From the NCBI GenBank assembly GCA_964016885.1, contig OZ024764.1, forward strand, positions 5,270,001-5,334,000: a DNA stretch of 64,000 nt. The letters are read 5' to 3'. A model generated the notes under the pieces. That model ran no database searches. It was not told the origin of the DNA and saw nothing but the letters and a program-made list of their open reading frames with translations. Of the stretch, positions 38,921 to 52,904 are shown piece by piece. Both the position numbers and the translations under genes were made by a program. This stretch comes from Eledone cirrhosa. Its lineage: Eukaryota. Position 1 is the first letter of the stretch, and each line of letters begins with the position of its first letter.

Positions 38921-39971
38921 GTAAGTGTTACCTTAACAAACTGTCTAACCATTGTTTAATCTGCTCCTCCCTCTACCTCTCCCTTTATACACACACACAC
39001 ACACATATATACCCCTATATATATGTATACACACACACACACAAATATATACACATATATACATATATATATACACACATATATATACATATATACAAGC
39101 GAGACACGGCCTGCTGACCAATCTCGTCTTAAGTGGGACAAAACCGTCCAACCCATGCTAGCATGGAAGATGGACTTTAAATGATGATGATATATATACA
39201 CTGACACATATATATACATATATACAAATATATATACGCATATATCTATATATATATATATATGAGTTCAAGTCCGCCGAGGTTAACTTTGCCTTTCATC
39301 TTTACGAGGTCGATAAAATAAAGTACCAGTGGTGCACTGGGGTAATCGCTGGCCTTGTGCCAAAAGTAGAAACTATATTTATATATATATAACCAAAGAT
39401 TAATATGGTTCGTTGATTACTCAACGAATACAGTTTTACAATAGATTAGAAGCACTCAACAGTGAAATTTTCCTGGAGTTTTTAATATTATTCAAAATAT
39501 TAACAAATGAAAAATATTCTCATAATCAAAATATATACTTTATTATATACATTTCAAAGGTATATGACATACCTCTACGGTCTTGATTATTCAATTCCAC
39601 TATTGGCAGTGACTATATATTTATAGGCAAAATGAATAATGAAAGAGTTGCAAGCCGTTAAAACATATCTTTATAAAGCTTTTACATATGTTATATATAT
39701 ATATATATCATCATCATCATTATATGTCCGCTTTTCCCTGCTTGCAAGGGTAGGGCTCTCACCACCACCGGCCATGTTTTTTGTGGTCTTCCTCTACTGC
39801 GTCTTCCTTCTACTGGGATTTTTTAGCACCTCTTTACCCAGCGGTCATCCTCGATGCACATCACTTGTCCATACCATCTCAGTCTTCTCTCCTGCACATC
39901 ACAACTTATCCCCAGTTTCTCTCTCAACTCATCTATGCTCTTGTCGTTCACGCACATTGACACACACACAT

Positions 39972-40012
<41 letters not shown>

Positions 40013-40344
40013 TATAAGGGATAACAAAATATCGTTATAGGTAATCCAGGTAGAGGTTGTGAATACTCTGTATTGTGATTAGTCTTAGTCTACGGCGTTG
40101 TTTGACTCAACAAGAGGTTTCCGTAGGTGGCAAGTATTTGAGTTCTCTTGAATTCCTATGTAAGTTTATCTTGGAGTAATAATATTGAAAGCGTGAAGAA
40201 TAACATGGTCAACAGTACAAAAATAGGTTTTTATTTACAGTATTAACAATTGTTTCACTGATTAAGTTGTCTAAAAATTGCTGAACACTTGAAGCTGTGC
40301 CACTCAATTTTAAATATGTTGTTAGCTTAACCAGATCATCAGAA

Positions 40345-40381
<37 letters not shown>

Positions 40382-40859
40382 TACAAATTATGTCCATAGA
40401 ACCATTTGATAAGATATATACACCATTTCCTCTCCCAATTAGCATAATCAACCACACAAAAAATCAATTAGACCAGGCTATAAGATTAAAAGGCACCTAT
40501 GATAAAATAGTAGATAAATAAACGACAGCATTTCAATAGCATGTGGAAATCAATTAAATATATCGTCAACCATACACAATTAGGTATAAAATTAAAGTTA
40601 GAAGAAAAAATGCATATACACATACCAGGATTACGTTTCTACCCTTTAGGGTTTCGTTTGCATTTGGAAATATACTTTCAAGGATAAATTCGATATAAAT
40701 TCTATAAATTTATCAAGGATAAATTTATAGTATATTGCTCTGATTATTTAATTTATTAATTCATCATTGAGCCACATCGTGAATGGTTGCCAAAAACATA
40801 TATATCTATGACTTTGTCTAGTTTGTGTATATGTAAATCTTTATATTGATTGTTCCTTA

Positions 40860-43640
40860 TGTAGCACAGCCTTTCAGATTCCATCTTTGCGCACAAGTCT
40901 ACAGCAAGCTGGTTGAAGAGTACTCTTGCACGGTGGAACAGCAACGTAGTAAGTAAGGCAATCAAAGATATGAAGATGGGGAAGGCAACCGGTCCATCGG
41001 GTATAGCTGCCGAGATGCTGAAGGCATCTGGGTCTGTAGGTCACACTATAACCACACGTATTGTTAACCAGGTAATACTAGAAGGTGTCATACCAAAAGA
41101 TTGGTGCAGTAGCATCATTGTCAACTGCTACAAAAGTAAAGGTGATGCACTAGATAGAGGAAACTATAGAGGTATAAAGCTGATGGACCAGGTCATGAAA
41201 GTAACAGAAAGAGTTATAGCACAGTTGAAGAGGCACCACTGATGCCCTCTTCCTTGTCAGGCAGTTACAGGAAAAGTACCTAGCTAAAAGTAAGCCACTC
41301 TACCTGGCATTTGTCGACCTTGAGAAAGCCTTTGACAGAGTTCCACGTGCTGTAATCTGGTGGGCTCTTAGAAAACTAGGAGTAGATGAATAGCTTGTGA
41401 AAGTGGTACAAGCCATGTATAGGGGAGCAGTCAGCAAAGTTAGGATTAGCAATGAGTATAGCGAGGAATTTAGCGTACAGGTTGGGGTCCATCAGGGCTC
41501 TGTTCTTAGCCCCCTCCTGTTCATCATTGTCCTGCAGGCAATAACGGAGGACTTTAAGACCGGATGCCCATGGGAACTCCTGTATGCTGATGACCTCGCA
41601 CTTATAGCTGAATCTATGGTAGAACTAGAGAAGAAATTCCAAACTTGGAAGCAGGGACTAGAAAGAAAGGGTCTCAAAGTCAACATGACAAAGACTAAGG
41701 TCCTTGTAAGTAGACGAGAAAACAGAACCCAGATCCCCTCAGGGAAATGGCCTTGCTCAGTATGTAGGAACTCCATTCTCTGCCCCAAATGCAAACAATG
41801 AGTACACAAGAGATGTAGCGGGATCTCAGGAAGCTTAATTAAGAATGTAGGCTTCACATGCAGCAGCTGTGCTGGGACAGCAAGCAGCAAACAGCCACAG
41901 GAAACAAGTACCACCAATCTCTGGGAGGGCTCTGTAGAAACAGTAGACAGCTTCTGCTACCTAGGTGACCGAATTAGCAGCGGAGGTGGGTGTTCAGAAA
42001 GTACAATAACTAGGGTAAGAATGGAATGGAAGAAGTTTAGGGAACTACTATCACTGCTAGCTGCAAAAGGCTTCTCCCTCAAAATGAAAGGCAGACTGTA
42101 TGATGCGTGTATCCGAACAGCGATGTTGCATGGTAGTGAGACCTGGGCTCTGAAGGTGGAAGACTTACGTAGATTAGAGAGAAACGAAGCCTGCATGCTC
42201 CGATGGATGTGTAACAGTAATATACGCGAACGACAAAGCATAAATGAATTGAGAGACTGAGCATAAGAGGAATCAAATGCTGTGTGCAGGAGAGGCGGTT
42301 GCGCTGGTATGGACATGTGATGCGTATGAAGGATGACAGCTGCATAAAAAGGTGCAGAGCACTAGAAGTCGATGGAAACCGCGGAGTGGAGGGACCCAAG
42401 ATGAGGAGAGAAAGAGTGTGAGAGAGAGAGAGTGAGAGAAAGAGAGGGAGTGAAAGAGAGAAATAGAGGGATTGAGAGAGATACATTAAAACAATAACAG
42501 AAGGTCTGACTGGAGAATTTACTTTAGAATTTTAAGAGAAAAGAGGAAGGTTTCAGACTTCTGGAATTCCTTCACGAAAATGTCCTATATATCTGGAACA
42601 CAAACTTCAAAAAATGAGACAACCACTTAATAACCTATAGATCATGTGAGCCCACCAGCTAGATAGATTTCATTGTTACCAGAAGACAGAGTGACTGTTA
42701 TAAACACAATGTCCCTCCCTAGTGAAGAATGCACCTCCCAAAATACCTTAGAAGACAACCTGGAAGAAAAGAGTAGAGATCAAAATCAAAAGGTCTTAAA
42801 GTCAATTTGGTAAAGACTAAAGTTCTAGTAAGTAGAAAGGAAAACTGGGCCCAGATCTCTTCAGGTAAACTGTCCTGCTCAGTGTGCAGAAAAGGAGTAG
42901 GTAGAAATTCCCATCCTATGTCCCATATAGAAATGATGGGTACACAAAAGATGTTGTGGGATCTCAGGGAGGCTAACAAAGAACGTAGCTTCTATATGTG
43001 GCCAATGAACAGGAGCAGTAAATAACAAGAACTCTCAGGTTACAATCTCCTTCAAATACCCAGAAGTCTCTGTAGAGGTGGTAGATAGTTTCTGTTACCT
43101 AGGTGACTAAATCAGCAGTGGAGTAGGGTGGTCCAAAAATTCAGTAACCAGAGTGAGATTAGATTGGAGAAAGTGCAGGGATCTACTACTACTGCAAACT
43201 ACAAAACATTTTTCCCTCAAAATGAAGGGCAGACTGTATGATGCAGGTATACAAACAACAATGTTGTACAGCAGCGAGACCTGGGCACTGTGTGTAGAAG
43301 ATCTGTAAAGATTGGAAAGAAATGAGCCTCCATGCTTCAATGGATGTGCCATAGTAATATATGCAAATGGCAAAACATAATGGTACTGTGAGAGGATTTA
43401 GGCATAAGAGGGATTAGATGCAGTGTGCAGGAGTGGGATTGTTTTGGTATAGACATGTGATGTGTATGAAGGGTGACAGCTGTATAAAAAGGTGCCAAAC
43501 GCACAAAGTTGACAGAGGCCGTGGAGTGGGCAGGTCTAGGAAGACTTGGGATGAGGTAAGGAAAGCTGATTTTGCACAATTACACCTAGCTAAGGCAATG
43601 ACACATGATGGTGACCTCTGGCGCTATGCACAATTATAGA
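40860..43640 (+). mobile_element. Decayed RTE LINE fragments (unit 3 copy of 11800-14580)
   Basis: Near-identical ORF fragments. Confidence 0.9.
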
Positions 43641-44257
43641 GGACTACATCCACAATCCACCAGACATTTTCCCTACCAACACCCCACACAAGTTCCCAAA
43701 CCTCACCATAAAGTGGTCCCGCTGCAGCCATGACAAACGTGTCCAGTCCACACTGTACAGTGGTCTTGTAGGTGTCTTGCCAAACATCAATATTGGGCCT
43801 TAAAACCTTGAGTCCCTTTTGTTCTGTGTATGAACATAAATAATTGTTTCTACTTTTGGCACAAGGCCAGCAATTATCCAGTGCATTACTGGTACTTTAT
43901 TTTATCGACCCCGTAAGGATGAAAGGCAAAGTTAACCTCGGCGGGATTTGAACTCAGATCATACAGGGAGGTAACTATGCTTCAAAGCATGGCGTCCGAC
44001 TCTCTACCGATACTGCCAATCCACCGCCTGAACATAAATAAATAATTGGTTCTACTTTAGGCACAAGGCCAGCAATTACCTAGTACATTACTGGTACTTT
44101 ATTTTATCGACTCCGTAAGGATGAAAGGCAAAGTCAACCTCGGAGGGATTTGAACTCAGATCGGAAAGGGACGTAACTAAATAAATAATGTAGTATATAT
44201 ATATGTATTTGTGTGTGTATCTATTTATATATTTAAGTATATTTTTTGTAATCACAG

Positions 44258-44299
44258 GACTGATACAGAGGAGGGTACCGCTCCAGAAAATAATGACGA
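44258..44299 (+). CDS. Candidate micro-exon, 42 nt, phase 2-2: TDTEEGTAPENND
   Basis: Identical to 15198-15239 with the same splice signals. Confidence 0.72.
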
Positions 44300-44611
44300 G
44301 TAAGTTTTACATACTATCTAACCATTATTCTATCTGTTCCTTCCCGTCTCTCTCTCTCTTTATATATATATATATATATATAGTAAGGTGTATTACTGGC
44401 TGTGTAAAACGGTCCAATAAATTTTTGTTAGCAATATTAAGTCTCCACGCTTTTGTATATCTCCAATTCCATTCAAGGGAACAGCTAGATGATGTAAAAC
44501 GGAGTATTTCTATCAAAATGAAAATCCGAAGGCAAGGTAAAATTTCCAATCATTTTAATCACATCGTGATTAAAATGATTGGAAATCTTACCTTCCTTTG
44601 GATTTTGATTT

Positions 44612-44681
<70 letters not shown>

Positions 44682-45288
44682 CTGTCTCTTATAAACCACG
44701 TTGGCTATTATGACACTCTCTCCAACATAGAGAGCTATGTTGGCTAATATGACTATCTCTCTCTATGTTGGCTATTATGACTCTCTCTCTCTCTCTCTCT
44801 CCATCCCTCTCGATGTTGGCTAATATGACTCTCTCTCTCCCTCTCTATGTTGGCTATTATGACTCTCTCTCTCTCTATGTTGGCTATAATGACTCTCTCT
44901 CTCTCTCTATGTTGGCTATTATGTCTCTCTCTGTTCAAGCTTTATGAAGTTAGCTGAACATCTTCAAAGTCCTCCCATATTCGCCTTGTCTAATATGCGT
45001 TCTTGTACCTGATTATTTCCCCCAAATCTCCTGGGATGTTATAAACCATGATGGCTACCTATCTCACAATTTCTCTCCTGCCCACCCCCTCATACCACCA
45101 TAGTCTATTCGACCAATCAAACCTCAGAAACATGTCCCCACCCATTACCAACCCCAACAAACTCTGCCATTACTACTACTTCTACTTTTCTTCTAGCCCT
45201 TACCAGCCCCAACAAACCCTGACATTATTACTACTATTGTCCTTCTAGCCATGGGCTGAGGATAAATGGGGCTACCCCAAATTAATAA

Positions 45289-46328
45289 ATAAATATGAAT
45301 CCGCGAGTTACCAAGCACCCATGCAAAGCTTTAATTCAGAGACAGGAAGCATACACACCCCACTGCAAAAATTCACCCTTTCCCACGAATGGTGGCAAAT
45401 GCCCAAAACTCCGAGTTGGAACCATCAATGTAAGCACAATGAAAGGATGAGCAGGAGAAATTGTAGAGATGCTAGAGCGAAAGAAAATTGATGTATGCTG
45501 TGTGCAAGAGACTAGATGGAGAGCAGAGTCCGCTGGAGTCCTTGCAGGCAGAAGTCAGTGCTACCAATTTGTCTGGGTAGCAAATGACAACAGGATGGGA
45601 GGTGTAGCTATCCTATTAGCTGACAAATGGGTAGATAAGGTAATCTCAGTGAACAGGGTGAATGCAAGAATAATGAAACTTGGACTAGTCCTGAATAAAA
45701 CAATTGCCACAATAATATCAGCTTACGCACCCCAATTGGGGTTGCCAGCTGACTATAGCGGGGAATTTAGTTTAGAGGTCGGTGTCCACCAGGGCTCTGT
45801 TCTTAGCCCACTCCTGTTCGTTAAAGTATTGCAAGCAATAATGGAGGTGATTATGACCGGATGCCCATGGGAACTCCTATATGCGGATCATCTCACACTT
45901 ATAGCCGAATCTATGGTGGAACTATACTTGCTCAGTATGTAGGAAAGGAGTAGGCTGGCTGCAAAAGGTTTTCCCCTCAAAATGAAAAGCAGACTGTATG
46001 ATGTGGGTATACGAATAGCAATGTTACATAGTAGTGAAACCTGGGCGCCGTCTGTGGAAGACTTGCATAGATTAGAAAGAAACGAAGCCTGCATGCTCCG
46101 ATGGATGTGTAATAGTAACATACGCAAACGGCAAAGCATAAATGAATTGAGAGAGTGACTGAGCATAAGAGGAATGAAATGCTGTGTGCAGGAGAGGATG
46201 TTGCATTGGACATGTGATGCGTATGAAGGATGACAGCTGTATAAAAAGGTGTAGAGCAGTAGAAGTCGATGGAAGCCGTGGAGTGGGGAGACCCAAGAAG
46301 AGCTGGGATGAGGTGATAAAAGCCGGAC
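45289..46328 (+). mobile_element. Deleted RTE LINE copy (unit 4)
   Basis: Near-identical to 24-1050, with a premature TGA at ~45448. Confidence 0.9.
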
Positions 46329-46754
46329 TCACTGTAAATGAGGTTGGTGTTAGGAAGGGCATCCAGCTGTAGGAATCAAGCCAGAATCAGTTCCTGTATG
46401 AGCAAGACAAGGTCAGCTGAACAGACACTGCCCACAACAGGACAACCCGTCTAACCCATGCTTGCGTGGAAGAATGGACGTAAAACAGTGATGAAGATGA
46501 TATATCATATATGCTAGTGTACTATTTGACATTTGGAGCCTAAAAATATCTCTCCAAAACCAGGGGTCGACTTGTCTGCTGAATATAGTATGTTACCTTT
46601 ACCACTGAGGGGTATACAGTGAAACTGCCTGCCTAACACTTGTTGTACACCACTTACCATAACTCTAGCAACCCACCACATTTATTTCTACTGAATCTCA
46701 TATTTGTTAAGTTTAACGTAGAGATTATAGTAATATCAATGTCTTGCTGTAGCT

Positions 46755-48219
46755 TATAGGGTAGGTTACCATACGGTAGGGTACTGTAGGGTAGGTTACC
46801 ATAGGGCAGGTTACTGTAGGGTAGGATACTGTCTGGTAGGTTACCATAGGGTAGGTTACTGTAGGGTAGGTTACTATAGGGTAGGTTACCTTGGGTAGGT
46901 TACTGTAGTGTAGGTTACTGTAGGGTAGGTTACTATAGGGTAGGTTACTGTAGGGTAGATTACTCTAGGCTAGGTTACCATAGGGTAGGTTACTGTAGTG
47001 TAGGTTACCATAGGGTAGGTTACCACAGAGTAGGTGACCATAGGGTATGTTATTATAGGGTAGGTAACTGTAGGTTAGGTTACTGTAGGGTAGGTTACCT
47101 TATGGTAAGTTACTATAGGGTAGGTTACCATAGTGTAGGTTACCTTATGGTAAGTTACTATAGGGTAGGTTACCATAGGGTAGGTTACCTTATGGTAGGT
47201 TACCTTATGGTAAGTTACTATAGGGTAGGTTACCATAGGGTAGGTTACCTTATGGTAAGTTACTATAGGGTAGGTTACCATAGTGTAGGTTACCTTATGG
47301 TAAGTTACTATAGGGTAGGTTACCATAGGGTAGGTTACCTTAGTGTAGGTAAGAATAGGGTAGGTTACCATAGGTTAGGTTACTGTAGGGTAGGTTACCA
47401 TAAGGTAGGTTACTGTAGGGTAGGTTACCATAGGGTAGGTTACTGTAGGGTAGGTTACCATAGGGTAGGTTACTGTAGGTAGGTTACCATAGGGTAGTTT
47501 ACCGTAGGTTAGGTTACTGTAGGGTAGGTTAACATAGGGTATGTTAGCATAGGGTTGGTTACCATAGGTTAAGTTCATATAGGTTGTTACCATATGGTAG
47601 GTTACTGTAGGGTAGGTTGCTATAGGGTAGGTTATCGTAGAGTAGGTTACTATAAGGTAGGTTACCATAAGGTAGGTTACCGTAGGGTAGGTTACTATAG
47701 GGTAGGGTATCATAGGATAGGTTACCATAAGGCAGGTTACCATAGAGTAGGTTACCTTAGGGTAGTTTACTATAAGATAGGTTACCATAGTGTAGCTTAC
47801 CATAGGGTAGGTTATCATAGGCAAGGTTACTATAGGGTGGGTTACCATAGGGTAGTTTATGATATGGTTGGTTACCATAGTGTAGGTTACTATAACATAG
47901 GTTACCATAGTGTAGGATACCTTAGATTAGGTTACCACAGGATAGGTTACTGTAGGTTAGGTTACCATAGGTTAGGTTAGCAATGGGTAGGTTACTATAG
48001 GTTGTTACCATAAGGTAGGTTACTGTATGGTGGGTTACCATAGGGTAGGGTACCATAAAGTAGGTTATTATAGTGTAGGTTACCTTAGGATAGGTAACCA
48101 TAGGGTAGGTTACTATGGGGTAAGTTACCATAGGGTAGGTTCCCATAGGGTAGGTTACCTCAGGGTAGGTTACCATACCATAAAGTAGGTTACCATAGGT
48201 TTGTTAAGGTTAGGCTAGG
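46755..48219. repeat. 15-bp minisatellite (second block at ~49685-50098)
   Basis: Direct reading. Confidence 0.97.
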
Positions 48220-51200
48220 CTGGTCTACTCGGTGAGTTAAAACTCACTTGTGACTGTAGTGTTTTAGAAGTGTCTCAATCTTTCATGCACCACTAAATTT
48301 TTTAACTATTACCCCTGAAACTGCCTTATTTTTGGGGGTCATCTTATCAATCGAATAGCGTCCTAAATCTAAATTATACTTCAGAATTTTAGGGGCCGAC
48401 TTATGTACCGGATAGACTTGTACACCGGCATATATGGTATATATATATATATGCATGGAGGCACATGGCTTAGTGGTTAGAGCATTGGTCATGCAATCGA
48501 AAGGTTGTGAGTTCAATTCTCAGACCGGGTGATGTGTTGGTTCCTTGAGCAAGACACTTTATTTCACATTGCTCCAGTTTACTCAGCTGTAGAAATGAGA
48601 TGATAGGGACTGGGGTCCCTATCATTCCACTGCAAAGTGGTCGTGGAGGTGCCACGGCAAAAAAAGCACCCAGCACTCACTGTAAATGAGGTTGGTGACA
48701 GGAAGGGCATACAGCTGTAGAAATCAAGCCAGAATCAGTTCCCGTCCCGCCCTTGCAAGCAGGGAAAAGTGGACGTAAAATGAAATGATGAAAGAGAGAT
48801 AGAGAGAAAGAGAGGGAGTGAGAGAGATACATTAAAACAATAACAGAAGGTCTGACTGGAGAATTTACTTTAGAATTCCTTCACGGAAATGTCTTATTTA
48901 TCTGTAACACAAACTTCAAAAAACAAGACAACCACTTAATAACCGATAGATCAAGTGAGCCCTCCAGCTAGATAGATTTCATTGTTACCAGAAGACAGAG
49001 TGACTGTTATAAACACAAAGTCCCTCCCTAGTGAAGAATGCACCTCCCAAAATACCTTAGAATACAACCTGGAAGAAAAGAGTATAGATCAAAATCAAAA
49101 GGTCTTAAAGTCAATTTGGTAAAGACTAAAGTTCTAGTAAGTAGAAAGGAAAACAGGGCCCAGATCTCTTCAGGTAAACTGTCCTGCTCAGTGTGCAGAA
49201 AAGGAGTAGGTAGAAATTCCATCCTATGTCCCATATAGAAATGATGGGTACACAAAAGATGTCGTGGGATCTCAGGGAGGCTAACAAAGAACGTAGCTTC
49301 TACATGTGGCCAGTGAACAGGGGCAGGAAATATCAAGAGCTCTCGAGTTACAATCTCCTTCAAATGCCCAGAAGTCTCTGCAGAGGTGGTAGATAGTTTC
49401 TGTTACCTAGGTGACTAAATCAGCAGTGGAGGAGGGTGGTCCAAAAACTCAGTAACAAGAGTGAGATTAGATTGGAGAAAGTGCAGGGATCTACTACTAC
49501 TGCTAACTACAAAACATTTTTCCATCAAAATGAAGGGCAGACTGTATGATGCAGGTATACAAACAACAATGTTGCACAGCAGCGAGACCTGGGCACTGTG
49601 TGTAGAAGATCTGTAAAGATTGGAAAGAAATGAAGCCTCCATGCTTCAATGGATGTGCCATAGTAATATATGCAAATGGCAAAACATAGGTTACCATTGG
49701 GTAGGTTACTGTAGGGTAGGGTACCATAGGGTAGGTTACTGTATGGTAGGTTACATTTCGTTAGGTTACTGTAGGGTAGGTTACCATAGGGTGGGTTACC
49801 ATAGGGTAGGTTACTGTAGGGTAGGATACCATAGGGTAGTTATGTAGGGTAGGTTACCATAGTGTAGGTTACTGTAGGGTAGGTTACCATAGAGTAGGAT
49901 ACTGTAGGGTAGGTTACCATAGGTTAGGTCACTGTAGGGTAGGTTACCATAGGGTAGGTTATTATAGGGTAGGTTACCATAGGTTAGGTTACTATAGGGT
50001 TGGTTGCCATAGGGTATGTTACCATAGGGTAGGTTACTATAAGGTAGGTTACCATACCATAGGTTAGGTTACCATATGTTTGTTAAGGTTAGGCTAGGCT
50101 GGTTTACTCGGTGAGTTAAAACTCACTTGCGACTGTAGTGTTTTAGAAGAAGTGTCTTAATCTTTAGTGCGCCACTAAATTTTTTAACTATTTCCCCTGA
50201 AACTGCCTTATTTTTTGGGTGTCGTCTTATGAATCGAATAGTGTCGTATAGGACTATCTGGCATGTTTTCTATGGCTGGATGCCCTTCCTAACACCAACC
50301 ACGTTTACAGTGTGGGGACTGGGAGGTTTTTACCATGTTAACTACACGGCCAATTTACAGCGTGGACTGTGTGTTTTATTGTCATGAAACGTACACAACC
50401 TCATTTATTTAGGACTGGATGTTGTGTGACCAACATAATTTTACAGAGATGGGGGTGGGAGTAGTCGGGTGGGGGCGTATATTTGGTTAAGAGGTGCCTA
50501 CTGACTGTAGGTTTCGCTTTGTACTTAGGCAAGGGTGGTCTTCTGTATTACTGCGTCGCGCCAAAGATCTCGGTTCAGTGACATTGTCTTGGAGAGGTGT
50601 AAGTGTGTGAGATCGGAATTTATCAATTCGTCCCAGGGTTTTCTGGGTCTGCCTACTCCGTGGCTACCATCTATTTTGATCGCCCTGCACTTTTTTATAC
50701 AGCTGTCGTCTTTCTTGCGCATCACGTGACCATACCAACGTAGTCTTCTCTCGAGTAAACAACATCTGATCCCTCTTATTCCTAATTTCTCACTTAGTTC
50801 ATTTATGCTTTGCCGTTCACGTATATTACTATTACACATCCAGCGGAGCATGCAAACTTCATTCCTCTCCAGTCTGAGTATATCCTCTGCACACAATGCC
50901 CAAGTCTCACTGCCATGTAACATTGTTGTTCGTATGCAGGCATCATACAGCCTGCCTTTCATTTTTAGAGAGAACCCTTTAGCGGCCAATCGTACAATGA
51001 AAAGAGCGTCTGTGATACTTTTACCTGACACAAACCCAAACTGCATTTCATCTAGATCAATTCTCTCTCTGATTAGTTGCGCTATTACTTTTTCTGTGAC
51101 CCTCATGAACTGGTCAATTAATTTAATGCCTCTATAGTTTCCCCTATCTAGGGCATCTCCTTTACCCTTGTAGCAGTTAATGATGATGATATATATATAA

Positions 51201-51597
51201 AAGAAATAGGATTTCGCTTCAAGCATATCTTTATACAATATGTATAAATATTTTGTATCTCCAAAGAAATACGGTTTTAGGAAGCCTTAGCTCTGCAAAC
51301 CCTGGGGAGCTAACATCCTCTGGTGATGTCCAGCAGAAGCAAAGGGGACAACCGTCTATGCATTTCAGGCTTAACTGGCCATCGTCAGGACAGTCCCTCC
51401 CACTGCTTGCGACTGCTGGCCAGTTAAGCATGAAATGCATAGACGGTTGTCCCCCTTGCTTCTGCTGGACATCACCAGAGGCCTTGAAACCCTAAGTCCC
51501 TTTTGTTCTGTGTATGAACAGAAATAAATAATGTAATATATATATATGTATGTGTGTGTATCTATTTATATATTTAACTATATTTTTCTCATTACAG

Positions 51598-51627
51598 GAA
51601 CACCACTAATTTCTCCGAAAAATGTAT
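51598..51627 (+). CDS. Candidate micro-exon, 30 nt, phase 2-2: NTTNFSEKC
   Basis: tatttttctcattacAG|gaac...tgtat|GTAAGT. Phase 0 has TAA. Confidence 0.75.
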
Positions 51628-52472
51628 GTAAGTGTTACCTTAACATACTGTCTAACCATTGTTTAATCTGCTCCTCCCTCTACCTCTCCCTTTATACACA
51701 CACACACATATATACCCCTATATATATATGTATACACACACACACACAAATATATACACATATATACATATATATATACACACATATATATATAATCACA
51801 TATATATATACATATATACAAGCGAGACACGGCCTGCTGACCAATCTCGCCTTAAGTGGGACAAAACCGTCCAACCCATGCTAGCATGGAAGATGGACTT
51901 TAAATGATGATGATATATACACACTGACACATATATATACATATATATATACACATATATATACGCATATATTTATATATATATATGAGTTCAAGTCCGC
52001 CGAGGTTAACTTTGCCTTTCATCTTTACGAGGTCGATAAAATAAAGTACCAGTGGTGTACTGGGGTAATCGCTGGCCTTGTGCCAAAAGTAGAAACTATA
52101 ATTATATATATATAACCAAAGATTAATATAGTTCGTTGATTACTCAACGAATACAGTTGTACAATAGATTAGAAGAACTCAACAGTGAAAGTTTTCCTGG
52201 ACTTTTTAATATTAACAAATGAAAAATATTCTCATAATCAAAATATATACTTTATTATATACATTTCAAAGGTATATGACATACCTCTACGGTCTTGATT
52301 CTTCAATTCCAGTATTGCAGTCACTGCCAATACTGGAATTGAAGAATCAAGACCGTAGCGCTATGTCATAATCATATATTTTGTCTGATGAGGACGTACT
52401 GAAAAAACAACAATATATATAATAAAGTATATATTTTGATTATGCGAATATTTTTCATTTGTTAACATTTTG

Positions 52473-52528
<56 letters not shown>

Positions 52529-52594
52529 AGGTAAAATGAATAATGAAAGAGTTGCAAGCCTTTAAAACATATCTTTATAAAGCTCTTACATATG

Positions 52595-52638
<44 letters not shown>

Positions 52639-52872
52639 TCATTATCATTTTATGTCCGCTTTTCCCAGCTTGCAAGGGTTGGGCTCTCACCACCACTGGC
52701 CATGTTTTTCGTGGTCTTCCTTTTACTGGGATTTTTTAGCACCTCTTTACCCAGCGGTCATCCTCGATGCGCATCACTTGTCCATACCATCTCAGTCTTC
52801 TCTCCTGCACACCACAACTCATCCCCAGTTTCTCTCTCAACTCATCTATGGTCTTGTTGTTCACGCACATTG

Positions 52873-52904
<32 letters not shown>

